A model generated the notes under the pieces. That model did no database searches. It had not been told where the DNA came from and worked only from the letters and a program-made list of their open reading frames with translations. Below, one piece after another: positions 56,826 to 63,885 of a stretch of DNA of 63,885 nt (position 1 is the stretch's first letter; each line of letters opens with the position of its first letter). This DNA is from an uncultured virus (IMG/VR IMGVR_UViG_3300027704_000010) (taxonomy: Duplodnaviria; Heunggongvirae; Uroviricota; Caudoviricetes). The translations under genes were made by a program, and so were the position numbers. The DNA is taken from the IMG/VR virus record IMGVR_UViG_3300027704_000010, one strand, 5' to 3'.

Positions 56826-57132
56826 ATTTTTAGATATTGTGGACGGTGACATCAACATGGCAATACCATTGTACATAATGGCATTGCATTCACATTACGA
56901 ATCGGATAACCCACTTATAACGGATTCGTACTTCGAAAAATTAACAAAGAAAGTGCTTGACAATTGGGACAAATTAGTGCATAATCATAAGTATAGAATC
57001 GCAAATGAAAGTGGGCGATTAAAGTTTTCGGGTGAGTATCCGAGAGGAATTGAGAACGTTATTAGATCATTAAAGGAAGCATATTATGGGAAAGACTCGA
57101 CTAGAAACAGCAGTAGACGAAGCATTACATGA
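56812..57132 (+). CDS. hypothetical protein resembling NAD-ligase domain Ia
   Basis: HYESDNPLITDSYFEKL. Confidence 0.45.
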   Translation, partial: LMDIEFLDIVDGDINMAIPLYIMALHSHYESDNPLITDSYFEKLTKKVLDNWDKLVHNHKYRIANESGRLKFSGEYPRGIENVIRSLKEAYYGKDSTRNSSRRSIT

Positions 57133-57268
57133 AGCTAGAATACTTGAATGCGCTTATGATAAATATGACGAAGAGAACGTAAAGAAGACTGCAATTCGTT
57201 TATCTGGCGCACCAGCAGAGTTTGTGAATATGATATTCAATCAGAGTTATAGGCGACTATCTCTGTGA
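57086..57268 (+). CDS. hypothetical protein
   Basis: AAGGA RBS, 60 aa. Confidence 0.5.
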   Translation: MGKTRLETAVDEALHEARILECAYDKYDEENVKKTAIRLSGAPAEFVNMIFNQSYRRLSL

Positions 57269-57681
57269 GTATGCACATGATCAAGGGCATTTATGCACCA
57301 TCTAGCAAGAAGCGCAAAGCCAAGAAGTTGGATATGGCAAAGATGGAAATTGAATGGCGTAGGTACAATAAAGAAATGCGTAGGGGTAACCTACACAGAC
57401 TTCAGTTTGCAAGTGTTGACGAATACGTAATGTATCGTTCAGGAAAGCTAAAACTTAAAAAGAAGGATTTTGTACCCTATGCCCCGAAAGAGACGTATCG
57501 CCAACAAACAAAAGATTATGCAAGCCTCTCGGAGGAGACAATTCCGGATGTCTGTGCAAAAAAGGAGCGACCCGTCTATACAGGAAGCTATATTATTGGA
57601 ATCGCAACGATGCACAAATCGAATGCAGTCCCAGTCGGAAGAGGTGACGACCCAAAACACTACGCCCAAATGAGGAGATAA
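57265..57681 (+). CDS. conserved T4-like phage hypothetical protein
   Basis: YTG..IIGIATMHKSNAVPV motif. Confidence 0.7.
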   Translation: MSMHMIKGIYAPSSKKRKAKKLDMAKMEIEWRRYNKEMRRGNLHRLQFASVDEYVMYRSGKLKLKKKDFVPYAPKETYRQQTKDYASLSEETIPDVCAKKERPVYTGSYIIGIATMHKSNAVPVGRGDDPKHYAQMRR

Positions 57682-57682
57682 G

Positions 57683-57841
57683 ATGATGACAGTAACAGTA
57701 AAGAAAGGTTTAAAGTATTACGAAAGTGATGTGAGTCAAGACGATCAAAAGTACACCGGATGGTATTGGTGTAGTGATAGAAAGGCTTTCTATCGTTGGG
57801 ATCAAATGCGTAATGAACCTGCTTTTAAAAACAAGGATTAA
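57683..57841 (+). CDS. 52-aa hypothetical protein
   Basis: GAGGAG RBS; YTGWYWCSDRKAFYRWD. Confidence 0.6.
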   Translation: MMTVTVKKGLKYYESDVSQDDQKYTGWYWCSDRKAFYRWDQMRNEPAFKNKD

Positions 57842-57843
57842 TT

Positions 57844-58029
57844 ATGAATGATAAATTAGAAATGACGGATGCACAGATGTTAAGTAGACTAAGATCAATG
57901 GCATACTGGGTATCTAAAGAGCCGTGGGGACCAATCGCTGATAGATTTGAAGAGATGTCTCTGAAACAACTCATGGATTTAGAAGTTAAAGTGATGTCAA
58001 CACGAGCTAATAGCCTCAGTAAGGGCTAA
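57844..58029 (+). CDS. hypothetical protein
   Basis: AAGGA RBS, 61 aa. Confidence 0.55.
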   Translation: MNDKLEMTDAQMLSRLRSMAYWVSKEPWGPIADRFEEMSLKQLMDLEVKVMSTRANSLSKG

Positions 58030-58085
58030 CAGCATATTATAAATAATAACATACAGACTATAATCCTAATTAAAGTGTAGATGGA

Positions 58086-59213
58086 ATGCAGAAATTCAAA
58101 AGGTGGCTAAACGAAGTGGCAACATTCAGTCCTAAAAACTTTCCCTCAGGACCTGGTAACAATAAAGATTTTACTGGTGCCGGAGAAAGAACTACGTATG
58201 CCCCAACCTCTCTAAACGACTATAAATTCAAAGAAGGGTTTGTGGTTTCTAAGCCTACTAATATGTACCGAGAAGATGGTAGTATCAGACGGCAAATGAA
58301 GAAAGATGAGAAGGTATGGTTTACTCTGCCTGCAACACTACATCGTTCAACAGAGTTTGGAATCACTAAACGCTCAACTCTTGCACCAGCTTCTCTTGTA
58401 GGATTTGATCAGAAGCCAGACGGCTACATAGCAATTAGTTCAGTTATTAAGCCAGCAGGTGCCAATCAGGGACGTGTAGGATCTGGTTCAGCTACGCAAG
58501 ATATGGTAGCACAGCATGTTAAAGATATGGCATACAAGAAAGGTATTGAGGTAGAATCGGAGTTCAAAACTGCAAAGCCTGGTTCAACTATTCCCGATCT
58601 AGTAATGACTATCGCTAAGTCTGTCGTACAGTTCGAGATTAAGGGTGCTAATAATAGAACAGCTCCTATTACATTCTTTGACAAGTCAGTGAAAAGAGCA
58701 GGACGTAAAATTGATCTGATAGAAGAGATCGCTGATGTTTATATCAAGTTCTTGAAGGTCAAGAAAGAAAAGCCTGTGATTACTAAGTTCAGCGAAAAGG
58801 GTGACTTCTCTCAAGCTGGTAGTGTTAGTACTCTTATGAAAAGAGGCAAGTTTCCTCTAACCTTTGTAGGACTCATAGACTTTTTTCATGCACGTGACCC
58901 ATCTATCGGATTAGCAGGTGATGAAGGTGTAGTAAAGTCTGGTAAACTTCCAAAAGAGTTTGCTATCAACGACAGCACGACTTTAACAGGTTTACGACAA
59001 GTTATCTTAGATCACTTCAAAGACGGTGGAGATGATTACTTCGTCATACATAATAGATCAGGAGATGATGTTGAAATATATTATGTCGGAGGCGGCAAAG
59101 CAAAGAATGTTTTAAAAGCGCCAGCTCTTCCTAAGTTCAAATCATTTGTGTTAGCAACATACGGTGGTGCCTCTGGTGGCGCTACAAGAGTAGGATTAAA
59201 GATAAAACTATGA
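58086..59213 (+). CDS. PD-(D/E)xK nuclease-like late protein
   Basis: IPDLVM...QFEIK; TATAAATA at 58038. Confidence 0.5.
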   Translation: MQKFKRWLNEVATFSPKNFPSGPGNNKDFTGAGERTTYAPTSLNDYKFKEGFVVSKPTNMYREDGSIRRQMKKDEKVWFTLPATLHRSTEFGITKRSTLAPASLVGFDQKPDGYIAISSVIKPAGANQGRVGSGSATQDMVAQHVKDMAYKKGIEVESEFKTAKPGSTIPDLVMTIAKSVVQFEIKGANNRTAPITFFDKSVKRAGRKIDLIEEIADVYIKFLKVKKEKPVITKFSEKGDFSQAGSVSTLMKRGKFPLTFVGLIDFFHARDPSIGLAGDEGVVKSGKLPKEFAINDSTTLTGLRQVILDHFKDGGDDYFVIHNRSGDDVEIYYVGGGKAKNVLKAPALPKFKSFVLATYGGASGGATRVGLKIKL

Positions 59214-60442
59214 AACGTTTAGCAACATATATAACCGAAGACAAAAATGTTCATATGGAACACCTCGAAGACAATCTGCTAAATGCTGGTGTTGATGGTG
59301 CCCGTGAGTCTATTAACTATCTACGTGCATTGCGTGATATGTTAGCAGGTGATTCGAAAGCCGCTGTAAATGTCACAGTGAAGTGGGATGGTGCACCCGC
59401 AGTATTTGCAGGCAAAGATCCTTCTGATGGCAAGTTCTTTGTTGCTAAGAAGGGAATCTTTAATAAGAATCCTAAGGTCTATAAGACTATGAAGGATATC
59501 GATGATGATATCGCAAAGGGTGATTTGAATGTTAAAATGAAGTTGGCACTGAAGCATTTGCCAGCATTGAATATTAGAGGGGTGATTCAAGGTGATTTCC
59601 TATATGCGAAGAAAGATTTACGAAAAACGAATATTGATGGAGAATCGTATATTACTTTCCATCCTAATACCATTGTTTATGCGATACCAGCGAAAAGCAA
59701 ACTTGCTACACAAATCCTCGGATCCGAGATCGGTGTGGTTTGGCACACTGAATACAGAGGTAAATCTTTTGAATCAATGTCTGCAAGTTTTGGAAAGGAG
59801 ATCGCAAGCAATCTCAAAACGAACAAATCAGTATGGTCAGTAGACGCAATATACAAAGACTTATCAGGCACAGCCACAATGACTAAAGCTGAGACTGCTC
59901 TAGTTACTGCTAGCCTATCTAAGGCAGGCAAACTGTTTAACACAATTAAACGAGCAACATTCGATGGCATTACAGAAAATCCAGAGTTGTTGGTTCGTAC
60001 AAAGACCTTCATGAATGTTCAAGTTCGTGCAGGCGCAAAGATTGAAAATCCCTCAAAGTTCGTAACTGAGTTAATGGATTACATCTATGCATACTATCAG
60101 AAAGAGATTGATAAACTGAAGACCGAGAAGGGTAAAGCTGGTAAAGAAGCAAAGCGCAAGGAAATATTATCCTATTTCTCTAATACTGACAAAGCACAGA
60201 TCGTGGCTCTGTTTACTCTATACAACCAGATCATAGATGCTAAGTTGACTATCATACGTAAGTTAGATAAAGCAAAGAACGTAGGTACATTCCTCAAGAC
60301 TGCTGATGGTTACAAAGTGACGGAGCAAGAAGGTTTTGTTGCTATTGATCGTATGGGTAAGAATGCGGTTAAGCTAGTCGATAGACTACAGTTCTCTAAA
60401 GCCAACTTCAATGCTGATGTCATAAAGGGCTGGCAGAAGTAA
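59210..60442 (+). CDS. conserved T4-like phage protein (DUF6267-like)
   Basis: HMEHLED, TVKWDGAPAVFAG, QGDFLY, FHPNTIVY, EGFV, KLVDRLQFSKANF. Confidence 0.75.
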   Translation: MKRLATYITEDKNVHMEHLEDNLLNAGVDGARESINYLRALRDMLAGDSKAAVNVTVKWDGAPAVFAGKDPSDGKFFVAKKGIFNKNPKVYKTMKDIDDDIAKGDLNVKMKLALKHLPALNIRGVIQGDFLYAKKDLRKTNIDGESYITFHPNTIVYAIPAKSKLATQILGSEIGVVWHTEYRGKSFESMSASFGKEIASNLKTNKSVWSVDAIYKDLSGTATMTKAETALVTASLSKAGKLFNTIKRATFDGITENPELLVRTKTFMNVQVRAGAKIENPSKFVTELMDYIYAYYQKEIDKLKTEKGKAGKEAKRKEILSYFSNTDKAQIVALFTLYNQIIDAKLTIIRKLDKAKNVGTFLKTADGYKVTEQEGFVAIDRMGKNAVKLVDRLQFSKANFNADVIKGWQK

Positions 60443-60564
60443 TAGTTACCAAACGCATAACGAGTATGCCCAAAATTCATTGTTAAAAGCGATGCAAATT
60501 TAGTTTTCCTGTATAAATATATGTGTTAGAACAGTCTAACAACGACATATACAGGAGAAAAATA

Positions 60565-60786
60565 ATGTCACAACTAACTACGGTATTATCTGATTGGTTC
60601 AGCATCACAGACACATTCAAAAGAATCTCGGCTAAACTATCAGAAGCAAGTCGCACTCGTAAGACAATCAACACACTCAATAAACTTACCGATAGAGAAC
60701 TAAAAGATATTGGTTTGCATAGAGGAATGATTCATACAGTTGCTAATCAAGTACACACTAATCCTAATTTAGGTGGCTGGGTATAA
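60565..60786 (+). CDS. DUF1127 small protein
   Basis: RKT..LNKLTDRELKDIGLHRGMI; AGGAG RBS; TATAAATA at 60512. Confidence 0.82.
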   Translation: MSQLTTVLSDWFSITDTFKRISAKLSEASRTRKTINTLNKLTDRELKDIGLHRGMIHTVANQVHTNPNLGGWV

Positions 60787-60965
60787 TGACTACTATGAAT
60801 GTATACTATTGCACTTTTTGTTCCTGGATATCACGTAGACTAGATGGCATATACGCTACACTTGAATCAGTGGGTGCCGCAAGAGCCGCTTCTCAGTTAG
60901 CTAGAATGGGATATCACGAACAGGCAAAGGCTTTGATGTTGATGCGCCAAAATGGGAAGCTGTGA
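60786..60965 (+). CDS. 59-aa small protein coupled to DUF1127 gene
   Basis: TAATG overlap; GAARAASQLARMGYHEQAKALM. Confidence 0.65.
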   Translation: MTTMNVYYCTFCSWISRRLDGIYATLESVGAARAASQLARMGYHEQAKALMLMRQNGKL

Positions 60966-61092
60966 ATAGACTAATAATAATACTAATGATCGTGACCATA
61001 ATGAGTGATTCATCATCTGCTAGACAGAAGAAACTCTTACTTCAGCCAGCTCGACTATTCTCTCATATAAATAGACTATAAGAGTCTAATAT

Positions 61093-61118
61093 AAAGCAGG
61101 CTTTTAATGCCTGCTTTT
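61093..61118 (+). terminator. Rho-independent terminator
   Basis: AAAGCAGGC-loop-GCCTGCTTTT. Confidence 0.65.
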
Positions 61119-61143
61119 CGCATTTTAAAAAAGGAGAAATAAT

Positions 61144-61305
61144 ATGAATTGGTTAAAAGGAAGATTTTTAGAAAGAACCAGTCTAGACGCTGGTGTTATT
61201 GTAGCTGGTTGTGTAGCAATCATTCTATTTGGTGGTATCGTTAAGATTGCAGCCTGGGCTGGTCTAGCATACGGTATCTGGACATTTGTTAAATCGGAGA
61301 AATGA
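61144..61305 (+). CDS. 53-aa two-TM membrane protein (holin-like)
   Basis: AAGGAG RBS; MNWLKGRFLERTSLDAGVIVAGCVAIILFGGIVKIAAWAGLAYGIWTFVKSEK. Confidence 0.65.
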   Translation: MNWLKGRFLERTSLDAGVIVAGCVAIILFGGIVKIAAWAGLAYGIWTFVKSEK

Positions 61306-61847
61306 AAATGAGTACGTTTGAAGAAATGACTAAGAAAGAACTAGAGGCTTATGGACGTGAGATGGGCATTGAACTAGATCGCAGATTCAGCAAGTCGGAT
61401 TTAATCGCTGAACTAGAAGCTTTTGAAATGTTTGATGAGCCAGCTGTCATAGACGAGATCACTGTCGATATCGAAACAGAACTTGACGAGATTGATGCTC
61501 TTGATCATCCATTATTTGGTGACGTAGCTAGAGTAGATGAAGTAGGATTTCGTGTTGATACTGATCTACCACATGGTGGTCCAGAGAATGATCCATTAAT
61601 ACAAGACACTATTGATATTCCTATCCCTGCTCCTATCATCGATGAAGTAGATCCAGCTATAGCCGAACAAGAACAAAAAGATCGAGCCCGTGCCCTTCAG
61701 AACATAAATGAAGACGCAGTACAAGCTGAAGCTAGAACAATTGCTTCACGTCTGGGTCTAGAAGAAGCACAGACAGAATATGATATGCTTAAAGCTCACT
61801 CAGAAACGTTGAGAGCCGCATACAATGTTGCAGTTGAAGACCTGTAA
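61302..61847 (+). CDS. hypothetical acidic protein
   Basis: MTKKELEAYGREMGIELDRR N-terminal motif. Confidence 0.65.
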   Translation: MKMSTFEEMTKKELEAYGREMGIELDRRFSKSDLIAELEAFEMFDEPAVIDEITVDIETELDEIDALDHPLFGDVARVDEVGFRVDTDLPHGGPENDPLIQDTIDIPIPAPIIDEVDPAIAEQEQKDRARALQNINEDAVQAEARTIASRLGLEEAQTEYDMLKAHSETLRAAYNVAVEDL

Positions 61848-61953
61848 GTAGTTACCTTATTATATAAATAAAGATGAGTCACCACGATTGGTGACTCTTT
61901 TACACCAAACGTTTGTAGTTAGACTCAGGTAAACCTACGATAAAGAGGAAATA

Positions 61954-63885
61954 ATGGAAAAAGTAATTGGACAAAAGTCAGACGAAAAGGCTATCGCTGA
62001 TGAGCCCGAAGAAGAAAAGCCAGTAAAGACAAAAAAGAAAAGCGTAAAACAATCTAGTGAGGACGAACTCCTCAACAAGAACGCTATAGAAATCAATCCA
62101 AGATTGGAAGAAGCTGTCATGAGAACTGTTGTTCTCGGTTGGGGCAGAATGAATCCTATTACATCTGGACATGGAATTCTAGTAGATAAGATCAAAGACG
62201 TTGCTAGAAAGAACAAAGCAACTCCTCTCGTTTACATATCACACAGCCAAGACCCTAAGAAAAATCCACTCGATTATGACGATAAGATCATGATCGCAAA
62301 GAAGGCGTTTGGCAACAACATAATTCAAAAATCCAAATCTAGAACTATTATCCAGATCATGCAAGAACTGGAAACTAGGTTTGAGAAGGTCATCCTCGTT
62401 GTAGGTGACGATAGAGTTAAACAATTCGAAACTCTACTCAACAAGTACAACGGCAAAGACTACACACTAAAAGAGATCGAAATACAGTCTGCTGGTAAAA
62501 GAGCAGATCCAGATTCCGACTCAGCTAAAGATTTATCCGCTGCCAACATGTCTGCTTCTGTAATGCGTAAACTGGCATCCGAAGGTGACTTAGCTGGATT
62601 CAGTAAAGGTCTACCAAAGAAACTTAAATCTGATGCACAAGATATCTACGACATGGTTCGTGGTGGCATGAAGATCGCTGAGATGATGGAAATTGACGAA
62701 CTCGATGAAGCAATGGACATGCAACAAAGGCGTGCCCGTTCACTACTAATGCGTAAGTACAAAGGTAAGATTGCCGCTGGTCGTAAGCGTATGGCTAAGA
62801 AAGCCGCTACTATGGACAAGCTAAGATCAAGAGCAAGAAAAGCCGCTATTAAAATTATTCGTAAGAAAATCGCAGGCAAGAAGGGCGTGAACTATGCCAA
62901 GCTTGGACCTGGCGAGAAGATGATGATTGACAAACGTGTAGAGAAGAAGAAGTCTGCCGTTGATAAGATTGCTAAGAGACTCCTACCTATAGTGAGAAAA
63001 GCTGACATAGCAAAGAGAAGCAAGGTCAAAAAAGAAGATTTTGATATGGAGTTTGACAACTTTTTGAACGAGTCATTTAACAAGGACTTCGAACAGTTCA
63101 TAGAAGAACATGCTACAAAGCGACACCACAAGATGTTAAACGCAGACGGTACTATCAAAATAGACAAACGTTTTCGTGCATTCCGTGCTAAGAAGGACGC
63201 AGAGACTCAAATTGATGAGATTACTATTAATACCGATGCAGAGAGAACTCTAAAGAAACAGCACAAAGATGATCGCCAGAACATGAGTCGAGATCATGAG
63301 CGTGAGATGGACGGGTTACTAACACGTGAACTGCGTAAGAAAGTGCGTCAAGTCAATAACAACAAAGAAGAGTTCGTAGACGAAAATGCTTTGATCAATT
63401 TTATTGAAGAGACCGCTAACGATATCTTTGACCAAGTAACATTAGATGAGCAGAAGATTGAGCAAAGTTTAGAAGCCAAGTCGATTAAGTCTGGAGTTGA
63501 ATTAGAAATCATTCAGCACGTATACGAAGAGGCTATGGAAACATACGTTGAATCGGATACTATGGACATTCATCAATGGGCATTCTCATGCGTTAACGCT
63601 AGTATTGCTAACATGGACGAAGGCAAGAAGGGTGGACTATGGGATAACATTCATAAGAAGCGTAAGCGAATTAAGGCTGGCTCTAAAGAGAAAATGCGTA
63701 AGCCTGGTACAGACGGTGCTCCCACTAATGACGATTTCGAGAACGCAAGATCAGAGGGCTATTCATCTGACAGAAGTAAGAAGACTAAAGATACTCTTGC
63801 AAAACATGATAAGAGAATGATTAACAAGTCTAGAGAATCTATCAAGAAGTACGGCAAGAAGGAAGATCAAGAAGTTGAAGAAGCT
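61954..63885 (+). CDS. cytidyltransferase-like (HIGH-family) large late protein, runs off the window
   Basis: Not in the ORF track (no stop); WGRMNPITSGH, SQDPKKNPL, VVGDDRV, SAGKRADPD, MSASVMR; TATAAATA at 61863. Confidence 0.8.
   Translation, partial: MEKVIGQKSDEKAIADEPEEEKPVKTKKKSVKQSSEDELLNKNAIEINPRLEEAVMRTVVLGWGRMNPITSGHGILVDKIKDVARKNKATPLVYISHSQDPKKNPLDYDDKIMIAKKAFGNNIIQKSKSRTIIQIMQELETRFEKVILVVGDDRVKQFETLLNKYNGKDYTLKEIEIQSAGKRADPDSDSAKDLSAANMSASVMRKLASEGDLAGFSKGLPKKLKSDAQDIYDMVRGGMKIAEMMEIDELDEAMDMQQRRARSLLMRKYKGKIAAGRKRMAKKAATMDKLRSRARKAAIKIIRKKIAGKKGVNYAKLGPGEKMMIDKRVEKKKSAVDKIAKRLLPIVRKADIAKRSKVKKEDFDMEFDNFLNESFNKDFEQFIEEHATKRHHKMLNADGTIKIDKRFRAFRAKKDAETQIDEITINTDAERTLKKQHKDDRQNMSRDHEREMDGLLTRELRKKVRQVNNNKEEFVDENALINFIEETANDIFDQVTLDEQKIEQSLEAKSIKSGVELEIIQHVYEEAMETYVESDTMDIHQWAFSCVNASIANMDEGKKGGLWDNIHKKRKRIKAGSKEKMRKPGTDGAPTNDDFENARSEGYSSDRSKKTKDTLAKHDKRMINKSRESIKKYGKKEDQEVEEA

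Noticed and set aside
61910..61942. c-di-GMP riboswitch (GGTAAACC)
   Set aside because: Only one weak stem; the second hairpin and tetraloop/receptor are missing
61935..63820. Short ORFs listed in the last 2 kb
   Set aside because: All overlap the unlisted + strand ORF starting at 61954

Overview
Marine-type T4-like (far-T4) myophage DNA. Bases 1-~55.7 kb hold baseplate genes (gp5-, gp53-, gp48/54-, gp26/gp51-like), late sigma gp55, gp47/gp46, a GIY-YIG nuclease followed by a ~450-nt structured non-coding region, tape measure, the head operon (gp20, gp21, gp22, gp23), two long fibre genes, gp15/gp14 and two tRNAs (Ser-GCT, Trp-CCA). The stand-out is a ~13.5-kb envelope locus (36.5-50 kb) preceded by late-promoter boxes: csgF, csgG, two curlin-repeat proteins flanking a FecR-domain protein (all three share a C-terminal Cys-pair/xQ(T)D/E signature), a lipoprotein with a lambda-type GGGAAAG -1 frameshift site, an Asn/Thr-repeat secreted protein, a large acidic secreted protein and a CHASE2 adenylate cyclase. 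I read this as a candidate phage-encoded amyloid-secretion plus trans-envelope cAMP-signalling system. Also present: a secreted haem-c/copper monooxygenase, an FG-GAP lipoprotein with a beta-barrel-like C-terminus, a second -1 frameshift (gp26 to gp51-like), an 11-bp-phased operator array and three candidate ncRNAs. After ~55.8 kb, gene content and codon style change (iscU, DUF1127, cytidyltransferase-like gene), suggesting a mosaic or assembly junction. All family calls come from motif recognition by eye, not database searches.
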